Shown piece by piece: positions 28,176 to 37,512 of a stretch of 64,000 bases of DNA. How positions within the stretch are numbered: position 1 is the stretch's first letter; each line of letters starts with the position of its first letter. The stretch is taken from NCBI GenBank assembly GCA_009992175.1, contig JAACWA010000010.1, positions 16,864-80,863 on the forward strand. Direction: 5' to 3'. The stretch comes from an archaeon (GTDB lineage Archaea > Nanobdellota > Nanobdellia > Pacearchaeales > GW2011-AR1). Below the pieces are notes generated by a model. That model was not told the DNA's origin, searched no databases, and saw only the letters and a program-made list of their open reading frames with translations. The position numbers and the translations under genes are program-made.

Positions 28176-30248
28176 TTATAATTTTTGAACATATCCTCTT
28201 CGAGGTTTGAAAATTGTTCCCTCCTTTGCCAATTTTTCAATAGCATCTTCTATTTCTTCTGGGTTGACTTTTCCTTCAAGCTTTTCTTCAACTTTTTCAA
28301 TTGGAATGAGTTCTCCTAGTTCTTTAGCTAAAAGGGAGATTGTATCTCTTACTATAAAAATTTTATTTCGTGAACTTGATTTCATCTTTCCAGATATTTT
28401 GTCAATATCAATTTCCCCAGTTTCTTCATCAAACCCTACTTGCATTAAATAATATTTTAGGAGATTGATTGCAATTTCGGCATCTTCTTCTTCAACTTTT
28501 TCAGACATTCTCAATTTTGCCGTTGCTTCAGCCATTCTAATTAGGGAATTTAATTGTCTTGCTGAAATTGGGATGGTTCTCATTTCTTGTCCTTCTATCA
28601 TGGGTCTATTTCTAAGTCCTACATAGAAATCTTTCATTTTTTTAACCGCCTCATCAGTTAACTTAGGTTGAACTCTTTGTCTGGCATAAGCAATATATTT
28701 TCTAAATAAATTTTTATCAACTAACATCTCTTTGGCCTCTCTTTGATGTTCTTCTAGAATATGGTCTGCAACTTTAGTATCATTTCCTAAATTGGGAATA
28801 TCCCTCATTGTAAAAATAATATCAAACCGATTAATTAATGCTGGAGGCAAATTTATTTGTTGGGGAATTCCTTGGCTTGGGTCAAACCTTCCAAATTTTG
28901 GATTGGCTGCCGCAAGTACCGAAGTTTGAGCTCTAAGGGTAGCTTGGACGTTTGCTTTTGAGATTGTTACTGTTTGTTGCTCCATTGCTTCGTGCATCGC
29001 TGACTGGTCTGTAGGGTCCATTTTCTCAAGTTCATCAATTGCAACTAATCCTTTATTTGCAAGAACCATTGCTCCCGCTTCAAGAGACCAACCTTTCAAA
29101 TATTCATCTCTTACTACACTTGCAGTTAATCCTGCACCAGAAGTAGATTTTCCCACAACATATCTTCCTTTTGGAGAAATGTTTGCCATGAAATTCAAAA
29201 TTACAGATTTTGCAACTCCCGGGTCTCCAATCATCATGATATGGATATCTCCACGAGTTTTTTGTCCATCTGGTTTTTGTTTTTGAACCCCCCCAAAAAG
29301 TTGCAAAAGTAAAGATTCTTTTATTTCTTCATATCCCCAAACACTTGGAGCAATACTATCTCTTAATTTTTCTCTTACCTTTGGATCCGCTGCCAGTTCT
29401 TGAATTTGTTGTTCATCTTCTTCAGTAATATCTAATTCTTCAAAAGTTTCTTCCATTGGAATAATATTATTTACTTCAAGAGCAAGTTCAAAACGAGTGG
29501 ACATCCCTCCAGTTGACAATGGAACTGGAACTTCTTTTAGAATTCCAATAATTTTAACTCTTGAACCAGGAGTTGTCCTTTCTTCCATTTTTGGATCAAC
29601 TAAATCTTCTTTTACAAATACATTTATTCTTTTTGGCTGTTCTCCACCTTGAAGCATATCTGGAGCTTCTTCAACAATAAGTCTTTGGGTGTCAACCATT
29701 TCTTTACTCAAAAGTTTAAATCCTCCTCTTCTACCACAGGAACAACGACTTGGCTCACGAAATTTTTTTTCTATTTGTAAAACTGAAATTATTGTCCCAC
29801 AACTTGGACACTCAAACTTAGCATTAACTACTTGGGGTCTAACGTCTGAAGATTGACGAATTATTCCTTCTATCAAAATTAATTCATTTAGATGTTTTGA
29901 ACGAATATTTCTAACTAAAATTTCATCTGATTTTTGTAAGTTGAAAAGTCTCACTCTCACATTTTCAATTAAACCCATCTCTTCAATAGCAGTTTCAATA
30001 ATTCTAAGTGCTTCTTCGGGGTTTTTTATTAATTCTTCAGAAAGCATTGGAGACTCTTCGGCAATTTCCATAAAATCCACATAAACAACATTATTTTCAT
30101 CCCTTAAGGAAGATTTTAGTTCTTTTTTATATGAATCAATAAATCTTTTTGACTCCAAAATTAGTTCTTCTTGTTTTCCTGTTTGCTCAGGCCTTTTTTG
30201 TTCCAAAATCCCTTCTTCAGGCTCTTTGGTAAAATCAACTTCATCCAT
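28176..30248 (-). CDS. mcm: MCM replicative helicase
   Basis: Zn finger CPSCG...CSCG; Walker A GDPGVAKS; Walker B IDELEKMD; arginine finger region; C-terminal wH. Confidence 0.9.
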   Translation of the reverse strand: MDEVDFTKEPEEGILEQKRPEQTGKQEELILESKRFIDSYKKELKSSLRDENNVVYVDFMEIAEESPMLSEELIKNPEEALRIIETAIEEMGLIENVRVRLFNLQKSDEILVRNIRSKHLNELILIEGIIRQSSDVRPQVVNAKFECPSCGTIISVLQIEKKFREPSRCSCGRRGGFKLLSKEMVDTQRLIVEEAPDMLQGGEQPKRINVFVKEDLVDPKMEERTTPGSRVKIIGILKEVPVPLSTGGMSTRFELALEVNNIIPMEETFEELDITEEDEQQIQELAADPKVREKLRDSIAPSVWGYEEIKESLLLQLFGGVQKQKPDGQKTRGDIHIMMIGDPGVAKSVILNFMANISPKGRYVVGKSTSGAGLTASVVRDEYLKGWSLEAGAMVLANKGLVAIDELEKMDPTDQSAMHEAMEQQTVTISKANVQATLRAQTSVLAAANPKFGRFDPSQGIPQQINLPPALINRFDIIFTMRDIPNLGNDTKVADHILEEHQREAKEMLVDKNLFRKYIAYARQRVQPKLTDEAVKKMKDFYVGLRNRPMIEGQEMRTIPISARQLNSLIRMAEATAKLRMSEKVEEEDAEIAINLLKYYLMQVGFDEETGEIDIDKISGKMKSSSRNKIFIVRDTISLLAKELGELIPIEKVEEKLEGKVNPEEIEDAIEKLAKEGTIFKPRRGYVQKL

Positions 30249-30312
30249 ACAAAATTGATGAAAGTTTTCTTTATAAAAATAATTATGAACTAATGAGTGG
30301 TTTTAAAAGGAA

Positions 30313-30756
30313 TTATTGAACACACTGTGCTCCAGAGAAATTTTTTGAAGTTACAACTCCCCCTTTAGAAATTGTGAAATTTGCTTGGAATTGTCCTACC
30401 CTATCATTTCTACCATAGATTGAATCAATTATTACTTTTATTTGGAGACCTCCATCTGGATTGACCTTTTTTTCATTAAATTTTATTGAGTCTAATAAAT
30501 AGCTTGTTTCTGAAGAAAATTGTCTACAAGTGGGGCAAATGAATCCACTCCCCCCATTTTTTACAAATTCATTTGATTGATTTTCTGCAAATTCACAATA
30601 ATTTACAACACTTGGAAGAATTATGTTTTTTATTTCAATTTCACTTAAACTTTTATTTTTTTCTTCATTTAATTTGTTTATGCTTAAAATATAAATTGTA
30701 GCCACAATCAATAATAATACAAAAATAGAGACTGTCCAAAATAATTTTTTATTCAT
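30313..30756 (-). CDS. hypothetical exported protein (N-terminal TM/signal, Cys-containing)
   Basis: MNKKLFWTVSIFVLLLIVATIYIL...; ATGA overlap with the tbp stop. Confidence 0.4.
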   Translation of the reverse strand: MNKKLFWTVSIFVLLLIVATIYILSINKLNEEKNKSLSEIEIKNIILPSVVNYCEFAENQSNEFVKNGGSGFICPTCRQFSSETSYLLDSIKFNEKKVNPDGGLQIKVIIDSIYGRNDRVGQFQANFTISKGGVVTSKNFSGAQCVQ

Positions 30757-31355
30757 TTTTTATAATCTTTTAAAATAACTTTTATATTTTTAAGAAGTTG
30801 AGTCATTGAGTCTTCAAGTTGTTGTTTATTTTTTGTTCCAGTACAAACAAGTTTCCCATTACTAAAAAGAAGGAAAGTAGCATTTGAGTCCTTAAGTTTG
30901 TAAACTAATCCTGGAAACTGTTCTGGTTCATATTCAGTGTTTTCCATTTCAAGAGCTAAATAGTTTAAATTAAGTTGGAGGTTTATTGTCCCAGAAGCAA
31001 CAATATTCTGGACTGTAATTTTTGGTTTTATAGTAATTTTTACATTTACCTTTTTAAGTTGTTTTATCACTTCATCAATTACTTTTCTTACTTGAGGAAG
31101 AGACTTTGTTCCAGTACAAACTAGATTTCCTGAAGAAAAAACTAAAACTGCTGATTTTGGTTCTTTAATTCTTAAAACTAATCCTGGAAAAGTTTCTGGA
31201 TTATATTCCGTATTAGGTTGAGTTCTTGCGAGTTTAGTTAATGGAACAGGTTTTTCTAAAGAAGTTGTTGCAACAATATTTTGAATTTTATATTCAGAAT
31301 CTTTTTTAGATTTAAGGCTTGATTTAGCTTTAGCGGCTGTTTTCTTCGCAGTCAT
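30753..31355 (-). CDS. tbp: TATA-box-binding protein
   Basis: Two TBP repeats (IQNIVATTSL...LVCTGTKS and ...LVCTGTKN) after a Lys-rich N-terminal extension of about 20 aa. Confidence 0.85.
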   Translation of the reverse strand: MTAKKTAAKAKSSLKSKKDSEYKIQNIVATTSLEKPVPLTKLARTQPNTEYNPETFPGLVLRIKEPKSAVLVFSSGNLVCTGTKSLPQVRKVIDEVIKQLKKVNVKITIKPKITVQNIVASGTINLQLNLNYLALEMENTEYEPEQFPGLVYKLKDSNATFLLFSNGKLVCTGTKNKQQLEDSMTQLLKNIKVILKDYKK

Positions 31356-31397
31356 CCTTTTTAAAGAAAAAAGGGGTTTATAAAGGTTTTTGGTTCT

Positions 31398-32486
31398 TTA
31401 GTTTTCTTTCTCAAAATTTCTTTTTACATATTCAAGAAGTTCTCTCCCCTGTATCCGTGAGGTTGAGGGTCCAGTCCGAATATAAAATTCTTCCTCTTTT
31501 TCATCTTTTAAAAAAATTGGTTTTTTTGATTTTTTGCATTCTATTTTTATAATTTCTTTTCCTTTAAATTTTATTACTTTTATTGAAATTAAATGCGAAT
31601 TTTCTTTTCCAATTTTTTGTTTTATTAAGTTTGATAGATGAAGTTGCATTTTATCTGAATTTTCAAAATTATCTTTTTCTATTCCTAAAATTTTTCCTTT
31701 GTCATCAACACCAATGATTAAGGTTCCTCCATCAGAATTTAAAAAAGCACAAAGAGTTTTCAAATTAGAATGTTCTATTTTTTTATCAAATTCATTTGTA
31801 TGGAGGTTTATTCTTAATCCAGATTTAAATTCTAAAATTTCACCCTCTCCCTTTTTGATTAATTCAATTAATTCTTGGGGAGATTCATTTTTTTTGAAAA
31901 TTTCTTTATTTGCGGATTTAAACTTCTTTAGAGCTTCTCCAATAAATTTAAGATGTGTTTTTAGGTAAAGAAATCCTATTCCAGAAGCAATTGCTGCTCC
32001 AAGTAAAACATAAGTTAAGTTATTCATAGTGTAAATATAAATTCCTCCATCTAAACTTTGATTTAAAATTATTTTAATATAATATTTTATTAATTCAAGT
32101 CCAACTCCAAATGCAATTGCAAAATTAAATGAGAACAAAACAATTAATGGATAATTTTTTTTGATTTTATTTGTTGAATAAAGAATAAAAAGTATGAGAA
32201 GTCCAATCATTCCGGTTCCAATTCCAAAAAGTATTGGTGCAAAGATCCCCTTTATTTGCCCTAAGAAAAGGGTAACCACAATAAAAATTAGAAGAAGAAT
32301 TTCAAACTCTTTTGGAAATTTAAGGTTATAAGATTTTTTTAGTATTTGAGGAGAAAAAACTAATACTAAAAGAAAAATATTTGTAGACATAATGTGCCAG
32401 AGTCCAAAATAAGCTGAATTTAAAATTGACAAAATAAGAATTAATTTTATTGAAAAGGAAAGATAATCCTCTATTTTAAAAACCAT
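31398..32486 (-). CDS. membrane-anchored AlbA_2 (Schlafen-like putative DNA-binding) domain protein
   Basis: About 5 N-terminal TM helices, then EGEILEFKSGLR...LKTLCAFLNSDGGTLIIGVDDKGKILGIEKD (AlbA_2/PF04326-like core). Confidence 0.55.
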   Translation of the reverse strand: MVFKIEDYLSFSIKLILILSILNSAYFGLWHIMSTNIFLLVLVFSPQILKKSYNLKFPKEFEILLLIFIVVTLFLGQIKGIFAPILFGIGTGMIGLLILFILYSTNKIKKNYPLIVLFSFNFAIAFGVGLELIKYYIKIILNQSLDGGIYIYTMNNLTYVLLGAAIASGIGFLYLKTHLKFIGEALKKFKSANKEIFKKNESPQELIELIKKGEGEILEFKSGLRINLHTNEFDKKIEHSNLKTLCAFLNSDGGTLIIGVDDKGKILGIEKDNFENSDKMQLHLSNLIKQKIGKENSHLISIKVIKFKGKEIIKIECKKSKKPIFLKDEKEEEFYIRTGPSTSRIQGRELLEYVKRNFEKEN

Positions 32487-32518
32487 TTAAAAAAGAAGTT
32501 TTTAAAGTTTATAGATTT

Positions 32519-32945
32519 TTAGGATTCTGCTTCGATTTCCCATAATTTTAATTGGTCAAATTTAAAAAGAGTTTCTTTAGTAAATTCATATCTTATTTCA
32601 TCATGGGATATTTTTTTTGAATTTAAGAATGTTCTATAATCTTTTATCAATTTGGGCATGTTTTCTTTTTTTAGAGAGGGATATAAAACTTTGTGCGGAT
32701 AAATAGTCTGGAACAAATTTTTCTTCCTTGTCAACATCAATTATTTTTACTATCTCGGTATGCGGGAGGTACAAAAGACTTTTCCCCTTCAGGTATTCTT
32801 TAGCAAATGGCCAAAAAATTTCATTTACTTCTTTTTCAGTATTTTGATAATAAACTATAAATCTTCTTGAATAATCTTTGGTTATTTCATCCTCCAAATT
32901 AACTATAAATCTATTTCTTTTCACAGGAATTTCCCTTGACATCAA
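32519..32945 (-). pseudogene. hypothetical gene split over two overlapping frames (frameshift in a T/A run)
   Basis: ORFs 32634-32945 and 32519-32740 overlap in different frames at a homopolymer; no family recognised. Confidence 0.3.
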
Positions 32946-32982
32946 GTTTTCAGTAGAAAAGCTTTTTTAAAAATTATTGCTC

Positions 32983-34689
32983 TCAACCATACTTATAATT
33001 CTTAGCTCTTTGGTTTATGAATTCTTTTTCTATTTCTTCTAGGTTAGCAATATCATGAGTTCCTCTGTCCTCTCTTAAAGTTGTTATCCTAGGAAAACGC
33101 AAGGCCCAACCAGATTCGTAATTTGGAGATCTCTGAATATCTTGATAATGTACTGTTACAACAATTTTTGGTTTTATTTTTATTCCGTTTTTATCTTCTT
33201 TTATAATTAGGGGTTTTAATTTAGCATTTAATTCATTAAAACCAACTCCTTCTTTTGATTTTTCTTTAATTCCCGTTCCAACTTTTCCAATTTCTAAAAA
33301 TTTATCTCCCTCTTTACAGGAAAGGATAAAACTTGAAATCCATCCAGAACGTTTTCCAGTTCCCCATTCTCCCCCGGTAATAACCAAATCAAGTTCATTT
33401 TCTTCTGGTTTAAGTTTTAACATGTTTCCAACCCTCCTCCCTGGTTTGTATGGTGCTTCGAGATTTTTAAACATAATTCCTTCTTGGTTGTCTTTCAAGG
33501 CTTTTTTATAAAATTCTTTCACTTCTTTTTCATTAGAGGTAATTTTCATTTTTGAATAAATTAATTTATATGGATGAGGTGTTACAATTTTTCTTATTAA
33601 TTCTGCTCTTTTTTTGAAAGGAGTTTCAAGTTCATTTTTTCCATTGTAATACAAAACGTCAAAAACATTTACTTCAACGGGGAGTTTTTCTGAAATTTGT
33701 TTTATATTATATTTTCTTCTTATTCTTTGAGAAATTGCTTGAAAGTCCGTATATCTTTTAGTTTCTTTGTCATATCCAACTGCTTCTGAATCCAAAATAA
33801 AAGATTCTCCTTTAACAAATTCTTTTATGTAGTTAATTACTTCTGGAAATTGTTTTGTAACGTTTTCTAAACTTCTTGTGAAAAGAGTAACTATGTTTCC
33901 TTTTTTATGAATAAGAAGTCTGAATCCATCATATTTGTATTCTATAGCAAGGGGAGTTCCCAAGTGTTTGAAAGCATCTTCAATATTCTCTGCTTTTTGT
34001 GCAAGCATTGCTTTTATAGGTTTTCCAACTTGAAGTTGTATCTTTTCTAAATCTTCTATTTTTCCCCTCTTCGCAAATTCAAAAACTTCTTTTAGGTCAT
34101 TTGACCTATCTATTGCTCTTTGGAGGTCTTCCTCATATTCTTTATTATTTTTAAAAAAGGCTTTGAGAATTGCATATTTTATTGTTGATTCTTGAACACC
34201 TATTCTTAAGTCCCCAATTAAAATTCTTATTAAATAAAGTGACTCAGTAGGATTGGACGAAGTTAAAAGTTCGGTAATTAATGCTATCTTTTTTTCTACT
34301 GTTCCTTTTCCAATTAATTCAGGTAATTTTCTTAAGTTATCAATTACTTTCTTTGTTGTTAAAAGGTGACTTGCAAGGGTAGTTTGTTTTTTTTCATTTG
34401 TTAATTTTTTTGCAACTTCTCCAATGTCCCCAATTTTTTTCCAGAGAGCAGTAACTTTTTTTGAATCAGTTCCAACTGCTTTTGAAATTGCTTTTATTGC
34501 AATTTGATTTGAAATTCCAATTTTTCTTTCATCATATGCAGGATAGATATCTCCTTGGATAAGATAAAGAATATCAGAGTCTTCAGTAGAAATATTTTCA
34601 AAAAATTTAGCTAAAATCTCAACTTTTTCTAACCTTTTTGTAGTTTGAGAAAGTTTTTCATAACAATTGCTAAGTTTTTCAAACCTCAT
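32983..34689 (-). CDS. lig: ATP-dependent DNA ligase
   Basis: Adenylation motif AIEYKYDGFR (KxDG), OB domain; 568 aa. Confidence 0.9.
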   Translation of the reverse strand: MRFEKLSNCYEKLSQTTKRLEKVEILAKFFENISTEDSDILYLIQGDIYPAYDERKIGISNQIAIKAISKAVGTDSKKVTALWKKIGDIGEVAKKLTNEKKQTTLASHLLTTKKVIDNLRKLPELIGKGTVEKKIALITELLTSSNPTESLYLIRILIGDLRIGVQESTIKYAILKAFFKNNKEYEEDLQRAIDRSNDLKEVFEFAKRGKIEDLEKIQLQVGKPIKAMLAQKAENIEDAFKHLGTPLAIEYKYDGFRLLIHKKGNIVTLFTRSLENVTKQFPEVINYIKEFVKGESFILDSEAVGYDKETKRYTDFQAISQRIRRKYNIKQISEKLPVEVNVFDVLYYNGKNELETPFKKRAELIRKIVTPHPYKLIYSKMKITSNEKEVKEFYKKALKDNQEGIMFKNLEAPYKPGRRVGNMLKLKPEENELDLVITGGEWGTGKRSGWISSFILSCKEGDKFLEIGKVGTGIKEKSKEGVGFNELNAKLKPLIIKEDKNGIKIKPKIVVTVHYQDIQRSPNYESGWALRFPRITTLREDRGTHDIANLEEIEKEFINQRAKNYKYG

Positions 34690-34727
34690 TTATTTTACAG
34701 GAAAAAAGAGTTTTTAATGTTTGGGAT

Positions 34728-35339
34728 TTATTTTATCGCTTCAGAAAAAAGTTCATTAACTTTGTTCCAGTTTATTACTTTAAAGAAATTTTCAATATAT
34801 TCAGGTCTTTTATTTTGATATTTTAAGTAGTAAGCATGTTCCCAAACATCAATTCCAATTAAAGGAGTTAAATTAAATGAGATTGGAGAGTCTTGATTTT
34901 TTGAATGAAACACTTCAATTTCCTTTTTTTCTTTATTGTAAACTAACCAGGTCCAACCACTTCCAAATACTGTTGCTGCAGCTTCTGAAAAAATCTTTTT
35001 AAATTCTTCAAAAGAACCAAATTTTTTATTTATCTCATTCAAAATTTCTCCAGTTGGTTCAACATCTTTTTTTAAAATTTGCCAGAAAAAGTTGTGATTA
35101 TATACTCCTCCACCATTGTTTATTACAGCTGTTTTTATTATTTCTGGAATTGAATTTAAATTACTAAGGAGTTCTTCAACTGGTTTTTCTTGAAGTTCGG
35201 GATTTTTTTCTAAAGCAGTGTTAAGTTTGTTAACATACCCTTGATGATGTTTTGAATAATGAATCTCCATAGTTTCTTTGTCTATGTAAGGTTCAAGAAC
35301 ATCATATTCATATCCGAGAGGTTTTAATTCATGTGTCAT
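34728..35339 (-). CDS. sod: Fe/Mn superoxide dismutase
   Basis: HYSKHHQGYVNKLN; DVWEHAYY. Confidence 0.9.
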   Translation of the reverse strand: MTHELKPLGYEYDVLEPYIDKETMEIHYSKHHQGYVNKLNTALEKNPELQEKPVEELLSNLNSIPEIIKTAVINNGGGVYNHNFFWQILKKDVEPTGEILNEINKKFGSFEEFKKIFSEAAATVFGSGWTWLVYNKEKKEIEVFHSKNQDSPISFNLTPLIGIDVWEHAYYLKYQNKRPEYIENFFKVINWNKVNELFSEAIK

Positions 35340-35416
35340 TTTAGTAGATATATGAAAAATGTTTCATGCGTTTAAATAATTTACGGTGAAAAGTTTTAAG
35401 AGAGAATGGAATTTCA

Positions 35417-36022
35417 TTACAACTTATTTTTCTTTCTAACCCCATCGTTTCGAGATTTTCTTCTCATTCCAGCACCAACGCTTGGCCTTACATTTGAAGT
35501 TGGACTTTTATTTCGAAGTCCACGAGATTTTTTACCTGCAGAAGTTAATCCTCTTTCAGGTCTATTTTGATTTTTAGGTTTTGTAATCCAATTAATATTT
35601 TTGTCAGATTTAATTTCAGATTTAGTTGGGTCAACGCAAATCACTTCATAGAAATAATTCATTCCATCTTTTCCAATTTCATATGAATTTAACACTTCTA
35701 AATTAACATATTTTTTTGATACTCTTTGTTCAGCTATCCATTTATAACTCATTTTTAGATTTTTTCTAGTATGAAGTCTTTTACCTCTTCTTCCTTTGTT
35801 TGGCCTAGGTCTTTTGTGGCCCCCTCTTTTAACTTTTACTCTAATTACTACAAAACCTTTCTTATCTTTATAACCAAGACTTCTTGCTCGGTCTAACCTT
35901 AAAGGTTTTTCAACTTTAGTAAAAACATTTCCAGCTCTCCAGGTGGTCATCCTATCTCTAAGAGTTTTAGCATCAGGTTTTTTCCAAGCTTGCTTTATAT
36001 AATAATATAATCCATGTACCAT
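35417..36022 (-). CDS. rpl15e: ribosomal protein L15e
   Basis: MVHGLYYYIKQAWKKP...GFVVIRVKVKRGG... Confidence 0.9.
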   Translation of the reverse strand: MVHGLYYYIKQAWKKPDAKTLRDRMTTWRAGNVFTKVEKPLRLDRARSLGYKDKKGFVVIRVKVKRGGHKRPRPNKGRRGKRLHTRKNLKMSYKWIAEQRVSKKYVNLEVLNSYEIGKDGMNYFYEVICVDPTKSEIKSDKNINWITKPKNQNRPERGLTSAGKKSRGLRNKSPTSNVRPSVGAGMRRKSRNDGVRKKNKL

Positions 36023-36076
36023 GAATTTAAAGAGAAATATGCGGTTTAAAAAGGTTTGGAAAAATAATCTTCAAAA

Positions 36077-36182
36077 ATGATCCTGCACGGATTTGAACCG
36101 TGGACCTCGGCCTATCTAATGACTACTTTTTTTAACAAGTTTCAATATCAGAGCCGCGCTCTACCAGGCTGAGCTACAGGAT
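36077..36182 (-). tRNA. tRNA-Ile (anticodon GAT) with a 32-nt intron at 37/38
   Basis: Acceptor GATCCTG/CAGGATC, D-arm GCTC-AGCCTGGTA-GAGC, anticodon stem CGGCT/GGCCG, loop CTGATA + intron (TTGAAACTTGTTAAAAAAAGTAGTCATTAGAT) + A, T-arm CACGG-TTCAAAT-CCGTG, discriminator A. Confidence 0.65.
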
Positions 36183-36206
36183 CACAATAAATCTAAATAA
36201 TTAAGG

Positions 36207-36214
36207 CTTTTATA
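36207..36214 (-). promoter_or_regulatory. TATA-like box (TTATAAAA) about 28 nt upstream of tRNA-Ile
   Basis: Archaeal promoter spacing; overlaps the 3' end of the homing endonuclease ORF. Confidence 0.35.
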
Positions 36215-36874
36215 AGTTTTGCGAATTAACAAATCTTTGGTATTTTTCAATATGCTTTGGATTTTTTGGTTTTATTTCTTTCATAAATTTATGAAACATT
36301 TCTTTTCCTCTTATTGTTAGAATATAACTTCTTTTTCTTTTGAATTTTTTGTCATATAATTGTGAATATTTTGTCGAATGAAGTTCAAATTCACTAAAAA
36401 TTTCCATTATTTGTTCAGATAAATTTTCACAAATTGTTGTAATATAAATTCTTGGATATAATTTTCCATTTTTCTTTTCAAGATAAATTCCTCCATCAGT
36501 ATCAAAAATTTCACGAATTATACATCTTTTTAGATTTTTATTTTTCAAGAATATTTTGGGTATTTCTATTTGATATTTCTTTCCAGTGCATAAACCCAGC
36601 TTTTTTTTGAAATTAACTAATTCATCATTCCATATTTGAAATCCAACAACTCTTGTGGAAGGCATATCTCTTATACTAATCTTAATATCAAATAATTTTT
36701 CAAAGAGGGGTTTTATTCTTTTTTCATAGTGGGTTTTATCATCTTCAATATGCCCTCTAAGTTGATATAATCCTCTCATTTTTCTTTATTTTTATAAAAA
36801 TTCATGCTTCCATCCCCAATGTGCCAGCCCGTTTCTTCAGCAAGTTCACATGAAATTTTTGAAGGAATTTTCAT
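36210..36874 (-). pseudogene. two-motif LAGLIDADG homing endonuclease, frameshifted after motif 1
   Basis: Upstream piece MKIPSKISCELAEETGWHIGDGSMNFYKNKEK* (motif 1). A 1-nt frame change in an A5 run leads into the 189-aa ORF containing IIREIFDTDGGIY (motif 2). Confidence 0.55.
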
Positions 36875-36943
36875 ATCAAAATAATGCTCTAAAAGTTTAT
36901 AAAATTTGTTAATTTAAAAATTATTGAGATTTTTCAATTATTA

Positions 36944-37473
36944 TTACTTCTCTGAGAGAAATTTCCTCTTTTTTAAAGGTAATTTGAAATTATTTTTTTT
37001 GTTAATTTTATTGTTTACCCAAATTTTAATTGAAACAATTAATTTTTTTATGAAATTCATATTTTCCCAATCAACATTCAACCATCTTTTATCAAAATCT
37101 TCAATTTTCATTTTTCCAACTTTATTTAATTGAGGGTCTGTGATAAAAATATAATTTTTATTAATACCTTTAATAACAGAATAATGGCTCCATCCTTCTG
37201 GAGTAAACCACCCCACAATTGGAGGAATTTTCTTTGAAATCAATTTTCTAATTTCATTAATTGAAGAGTTTTTTTTATTTTTGAATTATATCCTAATTTT
37301 TTGGAAACAAGAACCATATTTTTATTGGTGGTTCCGAGTAGTAGGCTCGAATTAAGTAATAATTTTAATTCATCTTGGTTTTTTTCTTTGCCATAAAATT
37401 TCAAGACATCTCTAAAGAAGCAGGTCCACACATGTGATTTTTTTGTTTAATTGGTTTAATCTTTCTTAAAATC
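36944..37473 (-). pseudogene. C39-like (papain-fold) cysteine peptidase relic in three frames
   Basis: MILRKIKPIKQKNHMCGPASLEMS* (catalytic Cys motif), then frame 2 ...DVLKFYGKEKNQDELKLL...GTT..., then frame 3 ...GWSHYSVIKGINKNYIFITDP (His motif). A single missing G restores CGPASLEMVLKFYG. Confidence 0.5.
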
Positions 37474-37512
37474 ATTTTTTTAAAAGGAATTTAATTTTTA
37501 TAATTGAATGGA

